In this document: one piece after another, positions 13,950-26,499 of the stretch
How positions within the stretch are numbered: the stretch's first letter is position 1
Layout: each line of letters opens with the position of its first letter
Assembly (NCBI GenBank): GCA_040954595.2
Contig: CM082579.2
Span: 6,003,625 to 6,067,624 of the forward strand
DNA length: 64,000 bases
Direction: 5' to 3'
Source of the DNA: Balanoglossus misakiensis
Taxonomy: Eukaryota; Animalia; Hemichordata
Notes under the pieces: model-generated
Databases searched by the model: none
What the model was told of the DNA's origin: nothing
What the model saw: the letters and a program-made list of their open reading frames with translations, nothing else
Made by a program: the position numbers and the translations under genes

Positions 13950-16582
13950 TTAAAGGGACACTTAGCTGTAACTTTTGGCTTTGAAACCCAAAAGTTGCCT
14001 TAAATACTCGTTTGATCTTGTCTGAATTATGTGCCTGAGCGCACGTTTTCAGAAGCTACACCATGGATTTTTCCGCTCTACAGCAGGAACTTGGGAGCGT
14101 TTCCTAGTTAAACAACTCCACCTATTCAGGAAGTGGGTGTCTATTTTTACAGAAAGACAGAAGTCTTAAAATACAGGATAAACAGGATACAGAGAGGAAA
14201 AACTGCGCCAAGATGATAGGGATTTTGAATATAGTGAAATGAAAGTGTTTCCTCAAAAACACACACCACTTCCAAATATTTACCAAACGTGCAGTTTTCA
14301 TTCATTGGTGGCGTGGACTGGGATTAAAAATCAATAGACAAAAAGTTTAGCTGGTAACTTTTGAAAAGGTAATCCATCTTCTTTTGAGATCGCCGGTCAA
14401 CACTGAAGTTGATGTGTGTGTCCAGGTTTGTATGGTGTTTGTATATTCATAAGGTGATATTTGCATATGTAAGTTGGATTGGGTGAAAGAAAAAGTTGGC
14501 CAACCCGAGGAGCAGTCACATCTGTTGATGTGGTGATTGAGCGTTCTGGGGATGGAAAGTCAAAATCGGATGTACACTGGCATGGAAGTGGCTGGGGACA
14601 GACCAAATGGAAGCAGGAAGCACTTGGCGATGTGGGAGAGGATGAGGGGAATGGGAGGAGGGGGTGGGGGCTTCTGGAAGGAAGTGTACAGTACCTGGGA
14701 TAAAGAAAGACGTGTTCCCCGGGCAAACACCACCAGTGGGTGAAAGTAAACTCATGAATAATGGAAGAAGTCTATCAATGGATTTCTAAAGCAAATGAAT
14801 ATGACAACCTGAGTGGAGAGATGATATATGCAACTGGCTGCCACAGGAAGTGATGGCAGGGGAAAGTCACACACCCGCTGTATAAATGTTGATCCAGTCA
14901 AAACCAGCCCCAGACCACCTCTGAAGTGCTGGTGTATATATGTCCTGCGTTCCTGCATTGACAAAAAGGATGCCATTAAAATGAGCTGCTGGCAGAGAAA
15001 TGGTGAGCAAACACCGACAGGCTCTGTTTCCGCAGCAACAAGGCACGGTGTGTGCCTCATTCCTGGATAGCGTAGATACGCAGGTTTGTCGTAATTGTGG
15101 TCGACAAACTATGGCTCTGTGTGTAACCCAAAGTGCACATAACCCTAAAACACTGCACAGAACTGACATTTCCTGGCTTTGTTTGAAATGGGGAACCGTC
15201 TTGTTTAAAATTAAAAATTGAATAAATGGTGAATGGTCAATATATTTTGCAGCAACAATTCACACACACATTTCACACAGAAATGAAATGTAGTAAAGAG
15301 GCCAGCGGTTGCCTGTGTTAATGAACAAATGAAGAGTGTTATAAAAATAATACTGTTCACAAACAAATTAGTTCATTTCCTGACTAATTCCTACTTGGGC
15401 ATCTCGCCACGATTCGGATTCGGACGCCAAAACAGACTATTAAGAGTTGCCACTGAGAAGGAAATCAAGCACCCCCAGGGCCATTAAAAATTTCCTCCAC
15501 AAGGTCACTTTCGGGCAAATAAATTGTATTTTCCCAGTTAAAATGTACCTAGGGAGTATTCCTGATAGTGTAGGTTTTAACTTAGCTTCCTGTTCTGTCT
15601 CTTCAGTGTAAAAATAAGGTATGTTTACGGTGCAGGTCTTTCACCTTGAGTCAGCTTATCACCTCTGCATTATGAAAGACAAATGCAGTATTAAACATCA
15701 TCCTCTTGGCATGAAATGTTGAATTAAAGCTGCATTGTCCCGAAGAGTTCTCAAGAGAATCTCTGTAAGTTTATCAAATTTTAAAGATCATAACCTCAAA
15801 TTATGATACATTTATAAAGTATATATTATCTGCCAGCTACAAATAATTTTCAGTGATATGTAAAGGCATTGCGAGTGACAAACAGCAGATTTTTCAAGAG
15901 AATGCTCAAAAGTGCTTTTAACCTGAATACATAAATGTCGAATTTTGATACATTAATCCTAAACTTCAAAGTTTGTAATGCAGATCTTTTACCATCTTTC
16001 CCACAATGCACTGCTCTATGACTTTCGGACAAAGCACTTGCACATATTTCTTTTTAATGTATCACCATTTTGATACACCAATCAGGCGACATCGAACTTA
16101 CGCTACCATCTCGTGCCTCATAAAAATAACAGAGAATTTCTTGGCAGCTCAGAAATAGAAAATGATTTGTGGAAATAATCACTCCGTGAGATATCCCTTC
16201 TTGCAGATATGGATGTGATTCTAATCCCTTTGGCATGAAAATTACCTGGTGTCCACGGCAACAAATGGGGTCCACGCATCTGTAGTAGTTTTTGTAATCC
16301 CTGTAACCTTGGCAACCAATAAAAACACACAAAAAGAATGGGTCCTACTTTCGTTCTGGTTGAGCAGGAGAAGTGTGAAGGAAAAATTTAAATCCTCTCG
16401 CATCGGTACTGACCACAAATTAAATGATGGAAGCTTGTGTATAATGTCCACGTATGGCTTGTGAACTGAGCCATGAAAACTCATTTTGGGGGCATATGTT
16501 TCATGAGTAGAACATCATAAATAGCCTAACAAAATAAAATAACCAAAATTAATGTCAAAAGTTAGGGGCATTGTCCCTTTAA
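13950..16582. mobile_element. Probable non-autonomous TTAA-flanked DNA transposon (Kolobok/piggyBac-type target site)
   Basis: The left end TTAA-AGGGACA-N8-TAACTTTTG matches the reverse complement of the right end TTAA-AGGGACA-N7-TAACTTTTG. No transposase ORF inside. An alternative, weaker left end lies at ~15724. Confidence 0.5.
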
Positions 16583-19500
16583 AGGAACCAAAATGTCCCT
16601 TTTTTTTCTTAATTTTTTTTTCAGGAACAGAACTACAGAATTTGGTGCGAGGCAAAAGTCCCACAACAACACAACAGGCACCCGGCATGTCATAAGAAAA
16701 TTAAGTCGCAAAAATGGAGTGATGAAAGAATGTTGTAAATCTGCCTTTCGTCGTGGATTAGCTGTTACTACAGATAAAAAATCCGCAAATAAATCATGAA
16801 AATTTACTCCAATGCTGCCATGTAATACTCCCCATCTCAGCGTGAAGTCATCCTGCGGTGTAAATATATCATCACACACGTATACACATACACATTGCAT
16901 TTGTTATTGAAATATAAAATTGGCTCTGAGAGTTCACCGATCTCGGTGTAATCTCTCCCAGATCAAGCAGCAACGTAGCCCCTGCTTCCTGCACCTTCCT
17001 GATCTCTCAAAGTGAGCCGCTGCCGGATCGGGCCGGATCAAGGCGTGTGCGCACACGGCATCGAGTGCCAAATTTACCCGGCAACTGGGAATGATACCGT
17101 GCCGCCTCTGGAGTCTTGAAGTTCCTGGAGTGGGGCTATTTTTATACCCGCTGGTCTCTCCATGGTTGCCCCAGAACGTGGCGGTGGCTTTTAATAGCTT
17201 GATGTTTCGCCGGAACGAGCTTGGGGTCAGAAATCTTGAGTTTCTTGAAGTGCAGAGCTAAAAATTGCTTGTGGACGGGCCACAGTTATAGCTACGGACA
17301 CATCAAAGTCACTGCCAGTGTGACTTTGATGGCACAAGAGATTTGGTGCGCATTTAGACAGCGATCAGCTTCCTATAAGCTTGCTTCGCTGGCTTTTCAA
17401 GGACACACGAGTCACATGGTCTTATTTGAGAACCCTCCCCCCCTCCCCAGTGCACCCTCCCCAACTGCTTGACCCTACAGAGCAAGGAGAAAACAAGTTT
17501 ACCTGGCTGTTGATTATTGGAGATTTCATTGTGTTTAAGTAAACACTGGGGTGGGCGGTGCATGCTGCCCTGATCTGGGCCTGGCAGTCTCCTCTGTGAC
17601 CTATACACACAGGTGATACACAATTTGTTCCCAAAATCTGTTTCAGCCACTCTCCTTTCCCCATTTTCCCCAAACAGTGGGAAGTGATCACTCAACCACA
17701 CACAGCAAATCAAGAGGAGATCTCGTACCAGCAGAAAGTTAATCTTGTTAAGTGATTTTTTTTTCTCTCGCTCTCCATGCGGTCATCAGAGAGGCCAGGT
17801 GACCCAATTTAAAGGGCAGAGCATCGGCCTTTTGGTGTGACCTGATTTTTTTTGCTTTACCGGTCCCCCCTTAACTCCGGCCAGGACTTGTCTCAACATG
17901 TTCTGCGGGTAAATCCATCCGGTTTCAGAGTTCAAAACACTATTTTATCAGCGTGGCACTGTGACCAGAGGAAATCACCTTTACCGTATTGCGATATCAA
18001 TCGCCCCAGACTGTCTCTCAACAATCGAAGTCTCGGCTATTTTTACAGTTTCATCATCGGTTTTGATACGAGTGTGGGCATTGAGCAAACATGCTCTGGG
18101 CATACTCTCTTTGATTGGGTGTATGGATATATTTTTTTATGATTAAAATCCCGGCATTCTGATTGAAGAAATCAATCTGACTGTCTCTATACTCCAGAGT
18201 ACAGTGCAAGTTCGAAAAAAATACCAGAAAAGACGAGGGATTACAAATACATGCCTTTGATTAAAGGGACATAGCCGTTCACATTTGACATTATTTTTGC
18301 TTATTTTCTTTTCTTTTGATAAACTATATGCTGTCGACCTCACTGAAAAATGCATAATGGCGAAACTTCTTAAGTATAGCCTATTGAAAGAAAGTAAAAT
18401 AACCTAAATAATGTCAAAAGTGAGTGGTGCATCTTTTCATTTTCACACTGGATCAGTCGCATTCATGCAACTTCCATTTCCGCCCTTAATTATGCATCTC
18501 CGTGAGTAATAAGCCCTCTGGAAAGCAGTCTCTCCCAGAAAGCCTCGCAGCGTGTAATAAACTCTTCTCCCGCGGAAATCAATCATCGAGATTTACAAAC
18601 TTAAGTTCTCTGACAAGAAGAAACAGAATTCTAATCAGTCGGGGGAAAAATTTGAGAATTCCCTCGTGAGTGAACTCGGCTGATTGGAGGACGGGCACTT
18701 TTTCTCAGTGTGCACAGAAATAGCTCATCACAATTATTCTTTTGCGTTTCATTTCCGGTGTAATGTGAGTTCTACGTGCTTAGCACTGATCTCCAACTCC
18801 CACCATAGGAGCCATATCCTATTGCCTTGGAGAATTAATTTCCTTATTAAAGTGATTATTTTAATAAAATAAAAGATAGCGTACCACTTGATATTTAAAT
18901 TCAAAGCATCTTGAGTACCCGTATCCATTTTATCTCTTGAAAAAAAAAAGTTTTTTTTCTCTCTGAAATCAGATAACTAGCCTTACAATTGGAAAACTTT
19001 TTATATCAATCTCATTGCTTTAACCTCCTCTGAAAGAGTGGAACAGTCCAGCATTCCTCTTTGACAGGTAATGGTACTTGATATAATGGGGGTGACAGCT
19101 AGATGTTATGAGGCCATCATAAAAATGGCACTTGGCTGTTTATACATCTTCCTGAAATGAAAACACACGCCAAATGAACCCCAAAGCCAAAAATAGCATA
19201 GCTGCCACGGTATCATTTGTCTTTTTGTCTTCACGCCTCAGAGCTTTCCGTGAGAAAAAAGACGAGTTGCAGTTTTGAAGAAAATATTTTTCTATCCCAC
19301 GTGTTAACATGTGAAGATCAATCCTGCCAAGAATGTGAATAATCACGATATTTAATTGTAACAACATAAAATACATGTAAACATATATTAATGCACAGAC
19401 ACACACACACACTGCTAAGGTCCCACAGGTATATATACATATACCAAATGGCACCTAAAAACAGGCCTGTATACTCATGGTCAACATATAGCAAGGTACT

Positions 19501-22500
19501 GCGTGTCCACCGTCCAATCGGCACAGCCCTGGCTAGGTGGGATGGCTGGAAAGAGGAGGGGTCAAGTCCTTGCCCTGATAAACATCATTCGGCCGGCAGA
19601 GACCGGCTCATTAACACACACGCCCACCCACACACAGACAGGCGCGTGCGAGTGCACACTTAAAGCTTAATATACACTCCCACAAGACAATGAGAGTCAT
19701 TTGATTAATCTGACATGATATAATGGCATGACACGTGACGTGACGTCACCCCTCTTCTAAAATAAATTGTTTTCAAGTCACAGCTATTGACATTCACTGA
19801 TTCTCTCTCTAAAATAGTATGTGGGAATTCTCGTTTTTAACTCTCCCAATCACACCAGTCGTCAAAATTAACACAATAATTCACTTGCATATTTCCTGTT
19901 CCGACGCAGTTCTTTTTTGGGGTTGCCAGTGGGCAATCGCACGGGAAATTGCATTTTAGACCTTTGCCACTCTCATCTTGTACAAAGATTCGACTCATTT
20001 GTCTCACGGATTTCCAAAGCAAATGAGGTCAAATGGCCATTGGAAGATCTGTTTTGCCATCGCTTGTTGTTGCATCACTTCTGGGGGGAAAGTGACACAA
20101 AACGGGTTAGATTAACACACCAATGCTACAAGTGTGCAACTTGTTTTTTTTCTCTGTTCGAATTAAGTTAGAGAAGCTGTGACATTTTTTTCCCCAGGAA
20201 TGCCATTAGGACAACTTCGGGGCAGGAGGTGAAATTAAACCAGGTAAAGTATTTACCAAAAGTAAAAGTATAGTATACAATTTGGTTCTTTCACCGAAAA
20301 TCTCATACTGAAGTCCATACAGTATATATGTCATTATCAACAAAGAATACAGTTTTGTAATTTAGAGAACAGAAATCCGATTTTTGGAGTGGGCGATCAG
20401 GTACTGTTGGGCCAATCCGACTGTACTAAAAGATCAGCTGAAAAAGAACAAGACTATAATGGGTGAAACTATGATTGCAAGACCTACGTGAAATGTCAAA
20501 ATCTCATCTCAATAAATGCACTTCCCTTAGATGGAGTTCTGCCTTTGGAAGCTCACAAAAAAGTAGTCTCTTCTCTCAGTGCGATTTCTGGTGTCGCAAT
20601 CTCATCACACAGAGAGACTGGCAAATGGAGATTTCCGTGATTGGTTGGCTGGACGACGTCAGAGCCCTTCACATACATGGGAATGAATAAAAGCAGGCAA
20701 CACATTTTTTTCTCCCTGACAGGCCAAAACTTTAATGACGCCTCTGGGAAGTAATCCCACTAATTGGTTGGGCATGCCTTGTGAATGCAACCCGGCACTC
20801 ACGGAAAATGTGAAACACATTTGCCATTTGGAGTAATGCTCTTTTCGTGACTGATAAAAGGGAAAAAAGGGAGGAACATACAAATGAAGCCAGTCCTCTT
20901 TGGCTGAGCAGCTCAGTATAGCAGAGATAAATTTTGGTTAAAAAAACCCGGGCCAAAAATACGCAGTGTTTACGCATCACGGAGTCCAAACTCACAATTC
21001 AGGGCTCTGCCAGTGTAAATTGTGCCTTACTTTTGAACTGAGGTGACGCAGAAACCCTTGGCTTTTGTTATTGTGCGGCATACTTGTGGTTTTTGTGTTT
21101 ACCTGACAGATAATACGATTAAAATACACACCGTACCAACAAAAAAACCTTGGTTTAATGAAGGGACACCCATTTAGCAAAGCGGTTCCGCTGAAACTTT
21201 TTTTGCTCAAAAGCCAATTTACTTCAGAATTATTTTTTTTAAATAAAACCCAATTAATCTGATATGCTTCCCAGGTGACAGCTATTAACAATCCTGCTTA
21301 TGAGCAGATCTTTGTTTATTTACTCTGATTCGCAAAAAACTTCATTAAATTCATGGCAATCAAGGCCCTGATCCATTCCTAAACCTGCACGTAATACACA
21401 GGCATAACTACAGGGCCTCGTCCTTCAGAGATGTTCTCGTAGCTAAACCAGTGTCTTCCACGCACTGACAGGAGAATCTTATATGCGGTGAAAAGTGACT
21501 GACGGGACTGCTCCAAAATCTGCCCGCCAAGGGGGTGGGTAGCTTTCAACCAACAGATGCAAAGAATACAAAACTTACCTGGCAAAATTGTAACCCTATC
21601 CATCCACCCTCCACGGGATACAAACATCCAGTTCTCTCTCAGGTGTACATCCTTTGCTCCTAAGAGTCTCGGTGGTTCCCATCAGCTGTCGCAGCTGTTG
21701 AAGGGGGGGGGGGGGAGACTTCGCCATGCTTTCTCTGTACACGCTGTTTAGCCGTGGTCCATCTCCAAGGCCAGCGGAAACCTCTTGACATAGTTCAACT
21801 GTTTGCACAGTTGTCTTTACATCAGTGTTGTCTCAGCAAACACCATTGCATGTTGGCTTTTCTCAAGCAAAGCTGTTCCTGTTTTTTCTTCTCCGACACC
21901 GAACAACCAAGGATTCTACTCTCTCTTTCCGCCTGTTGGCTGCTTCGAAGCAGCGCATGCGAAGCCAGCTCAAATTGTTTCAAGAATCTCTTGAGCAATT
22001 TCTTTGACAAAATTTTGCAATGTGAAGGACTTGTGTCCAATGTGGAAAAGCTATCACAGTTGAAACTTTCTCATTCTGTATACGACTGCCGATACCGACT
22101 TTGCCAGTACTGAGTACGTGAAGACTGTCAACAGCTGTTTGTGCCATTTTGCCCTTTTGTAGTTTTGCTGAACTATCACTGGGAAAAAATTCCTTGCAAC
22201 GTGCTATCGCTTATGAGAAAAATCCACTATGTACTGAACTCGTCCACATTTCACTAATTGCCTCCTATACATTAGATACAAAATTTTGACACACCATACT
22301 GTCGACAGTCTTGTTTGACGTGTGGCTGGAGATTCTGTCCACTGGGAGAGGACTGACCATTTCCAGCTTCCTGTTGCAGATGTCACAAATCTGTGACAGG
22401 CCAAAACGGTGTGAGAACTGTTTTTACTGGTCCCAAGTTGCTCTCAGTGCTCATAAAATCCACAACTGGTCAAGTCTGGCACTGGTGATCGGCACCGCTC

Positions 22501-23716
22501 TAGAATGTCATTTCTTTTATAAAGTCATGAACTTTCTTTTGGAATATGAATAGTTTGAGTGGGTTACACATACACGTGGGGGGAGGGGTGCTTATACGTG
22601 TGAACAGAGCGGGGAAATACATCACTGGTATAGTACCAACTGCAATTAACCCACTACTGGCTTGGGTCCGACAGTCATGTTCCAGATCATACATTCCCCT
22701 TCCTTTTCTCCTTCTGCCATCACCTTGAGAGTGTTGCCCCACAAAACTATTCATTATGCCCAAAGTCAGTCCAGTGGAATCGAGTGTATGGCTCTTTCCA
22801 GAGAGGCAGATGGCCAATCATGCGTGAACTACCGGTGCACTATATTATGGCTAATTTCAACGCTGGCATTTCAGAGGCCGTTTGTCTCCGCAATGAAAAC
22901 TTCACTCAAAAACCGGAAATATTTACAGACCCACATTCCTTTACACGGACTAACATCTTGACCTCTCACGACAACAGAGGTGTACAGCTGCTTTTCCATC
23001 GTGACCTCTGAGGATGAAGAAGGGCCGGGCGCAGCGTCGTATAGGCTCGAAATCAACGAGAGCGTATTTTTCCCCCACGACATTCTTTCTATATTCTCCC
23101 CATTTCTTCCCCCTCGGCGTAAAGTAAAATCCAGACTGCCCACAGTAATTCAGTGATGGAATGTGGAAATGAAGCCAGAGCTCGGAAAAAAACATATGTT
23201 GGGGAAAGGAAAAACAATTGAAACCGGTCGGTCATTTGCCAGAGAGAATATGAATGCATTCTGCAAGCTTCTCCACATAAAGCATGCTTTTTGTGATGGA
23301 ACTAGACTAAGAGTGCAAACAAATAGGAATGTGATATCAACCACAGTGAAAGTGGTCCAACTGCAATGTTCGAAGAAAGCATATACCCCCCCCCCCCCCT
23401 CCTTCTTATATTTGCCAAGCTGAGCTCACTGCTTATGTACACTGGTCACATGAACAAACAGGCTGAATGTTTTGTGATGCAAATCGCCCAGTCATGCATT
23501 GAAAACTAGTCAAGGGAAAAAAAAGAGGCTTGAATATTCATCATCCTCACTGACCCATGACTTGAAATACGCCCTGCTGTGGTCATGTTACTGATACAGA
23601 ATTCTCCTGAACACATCACATAAGAACATTCTCACACTATAAAAACCTACATGATGATGGTGGAAAATAATAATGACAAATGCCTCATTTTTTTTCAACA
23701 TAACATTTCAGGAAAT

Positions 23717-23722
23717 TTTATT
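23717..23722 (-). terminator. Candidate polyadenylation signal (AATAAA) ending the ~1.8 kb Sprouty 3'UTR
   Basis: AATAAA on the minus strand at the end of an AU-rich, UTR-like tract, followed by U/GU-rich sequence. Confidence 0.45.
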
Positions 23723-24393
23723 GCTCCACAAATATCTCAACTCTTCTGACAAACTCTTAGAAAATAAATAGATAATAAAATAGAACTCCAAAAAATGTGA
23801 ATATATTTCCTCATGAAGTCATCTATCAATAACTTCAATCCTACAGTATCCCATACGTGACACAATCATATAATTTTTAAACTGGCAAATAAAGGGAAGT
23901 TTTTAACTTTGGTTGTTGTCTTTCTGCCCTTTTGTAATTGTCATTAAACAATACTACAGAACAGACTTTATGAAACCAATGAAACGTGTATCAACCAGAT
24001 GTTTGTGTGATCTGACTAATCATGCTTGATTTTATACACCAGACTAGAATAAAAGTTTTTTCTCACTTTGACACAGTACCCTACCTTGCATGTTGTTTTA
24101 TGAAAATCAACTACTGTTGTCTACAACAGTTTTACAATTAACTTGAGTTGTATGTACGACATATTCTGTAGGTATTTTCAAAGGAACTTTGTACATTTAC
24201 ATATACTTTTCAATGACTGTTTTTATAATTTGAAATCCCCTCTAAACACAGTTAAATATGTATTTTTCACTGGCAGTGTTCAAACATTGGCATCATGTCA
24301 GATTTTGTCTAAAGTTAATAGAGTATACATTAAAAACACAGTTAACAAGTGTCTGTATATAAATATATATACAAAACTGTGGAAGATGTACTG

Positions 24394-24600
24394 TATGTAT
24401 GTATGTATGTATGAATGTGTGTGTGTGTATGTATGTATATGTGTGTGTATGTATGTATGTCATACTGTGTATCACAGTGTACATGTGTATGGGTATGTAT
24501 GTATGTATGTACATACATAAAATATGTGTAAAATATGTGTGCATACATGTATTCTTATGTGTGTACAGTATGTACGTACGTGTGTGCGCGTGCGTGCGTG
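24394..24600. repeat. Degenerate (TATG)/(TG)n microsatellite within the predicted Sprouty 3'UTR
   Basis: Interrupted tatg/tgtg runs. Confidence 0.85.
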
Positions 24601-25503
24601 AAAAGACAATCTGAGCATGAAACATTATTGGGTCTTGTCACAAATGACTCCCCCGCACCTTTTGAAAGCAAATTTTGTAGGAAGAGAGGTATTCAGGATA
24701 CTGGCCCCTTTTCTATTCAGTCAACACTAAAGTCGTAGTAATGCATGCAAAGCTATTCAGTCAGATCGGAACTAACTACACAAATCCTTTAAAAAAGCAC
24801 CCCCGACCGTGTAATAGGTTGCAAGCATCAACTTGTGCAGTGGTGAAACCGCCCCCCCCCCCCCCCCCCCTCACAAGAAATTAAACGATGCGCAAAAAAA
24901 AGAGAACGTGAACATTTCGAGTCACCGTTTTGGTTTTCAGGTCTTCATGTTTTGACATTAGAAACTTCACTTTGCATGTATGTCTAAAACTCGAGCGAAG
25001 AGAATGGAGAAAAGGGGGTCACACGCAAGAAAGGTCGAACAGATTTCCAATTCAATCGCATTAACAACGGGATCATTTCAGCGTGCTAAAAGGCTTCCAC
25101 GTAGATAATTACAAATGCACAATGTAAATAAACCTGAATCACGTCGAAGTTCGAACTTTAGACTGCGCCTTTCTAGACTAGCAATAGGTACTATCTCACA
25201 AGTCAAAAAGTTTGGTCTTGAGTTTTTAAACGACACGGCACAAACGCCAGTATAGGTCAACACGAATCATCCATAAACGGAGGCACTGAAAAGAAAAATT
25301 CTACACGCGTACACTGGGTCGTCAAACCTACACGACTTTGCAGCTGTCATGTCTTAAAAATTCAAACACGGCAGTTTTTTACAGAACTTTATGCACATTA
25401 TATACAAAAAATGTTGTTTTCTAAATATGTATATTAAAGTGTTCAAAAACTCACGGTTGTTCGTGACGTGTGGGTGAGAAATGTCTGACGCAAAAACTTG
25501 ATA

Positions 25504-26499
25504 CTAGAGCAAGTGGTCAAGTTCCTGGGTCCTCGCCGGGCATTGGCACCCTCTCGAATGGGTGCTGTTATAGCAAGCTCGACACAGTTTCACGCATCCC
25601 TTCCCCGGCCAGTAACACCACAAACACGGAAGAACCAGCGACATGGCTCCCATCGCAGTCCACCTGATGCAGCAGTGGTTCTGTCCCGGTGCCGAACAGA
25701 GGCACGGCTTATCCGCACACATGTAATTGTCGTCGTAGTCGTCCGCCAGGCACGAGCAGCACTCCGAGCAGTGGAAGAAGGCGAACTTCACCGCGCACAA
25801 ACACGTACACTTTTCCAGCACGCTGTCCGCCGAGAGCAGGCAGCGGTCGTTGCACAACGTCGTCTCCGGTAACTTTCCACTGTTCCGACACCCGGCGCAC
25901 TTGCAGCGTCCGCAGTGCCGGCAGATGCGCTGCGACTGCGGCTCGCCGACGTGACACTGTTGCTGCTGCTGCTGTTTTTTCTGGTCTCGCTTACACTTCT
26001 CGATGTCGTCCGTGACGACGTCGACGTCCGGACGCGGGGCCGTCGCCGGCGGCTTGTTGAAGTCCGGCACCTTGTGATCACTGTACGGCAGCTTGGGCGG
26101 GGGCTTGTTGAAGGGCGGCGGCGACTTCACCAGATGCGTGACGGTCCCGCAGCCATTCCTCGGGAAGTTCCCTCCGTTCTCCGTCGTCGTAATCAGAGTC
26201 AGTCTCCCAGATGGGATGGTAGCAGGCTGGGGATGTGGTGGACACGAGACTCTCCTGTTCATTGGACACTTTGGATAAGTTTGTACTCTGGTGGTCGCCG
26301 CGCGACGCGTCCGCGGGGGAATAGGGGGAGGATGTTGCCTTCTCAACCAAGGGTCCTCGGTATACTCATTTCCCACCCTTTCCTTTTTGTTCGGGGAAAA
26401 CTGGTCAATAGACAGTATCTCCTGTCGACTAAACAAGTCGTTGTTATTTTCAGTCCGCGGTTGTCGAGTTACAACAGTTCCACCGGGATGAAACGCCAT
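25504..26499 (-). CDS. spry: Sprouty family RTK/ERK signalling antagonist, 331 aa, single coding exon
   Basis: N-terminal LSIDQ and NEYTEDP motifs match the Sprouty conserved-Tyr (c-Cbl-binding) region (vertebrate Spry2 LSLDQ...NEYTEGP). The C-terminal Cys-rich SPR domain reads ICRHCGRCKC...LP...C...CLLSADSVLEKCTCLCAVK..FFHC...CADKPC.C...CC.RW..MG.MSLVLPCLWCYWP..GC.KLC...Y......GC.C. A polypyrimidine acceptor (tattctctccgcag) lies 12 nt upstream of the ATG. Confidence 0.97.
   Translation of the reverse strand: MAFHPGGTVVTRQPRTENNNDLFSRQEILSIDQFSPNKKERVGNEYTEDPWLRRQHPPPIPPRTRRAATTRVQTYPKCPMNRRVSCPPHPQPATIPSGRLTLITTTENGGNFPRNGCGTVTHLVKSPPPFNKPPPKLPYSDHKVPDFNKPPATAPRPDVDVVTDDIEKCKRDQKKQQQQQQCHVGEPQSQRICRHCGRCKCAGCRNSGKLPETTLCNDRCLLSADSVLEKCTCLCAVKFAFFHCSECCSCLADDYDDNYMCADKPCLCSAPGQNHCCIRWTAMGAMSLVLPCLWCYWPGKGCVKLCRACYNSTHSRGCQCPARTQELDHLL

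Noticed and set aside
21754-22113. Overlapping ORFs with helix-like translations (RLLAASKQRMRSQLKLFQESLEQFL / KKLLKRFLKQFELASH)
   Set aside because: No convincing splice-site pair and no recognisable family; could be a conserved non-coding element.
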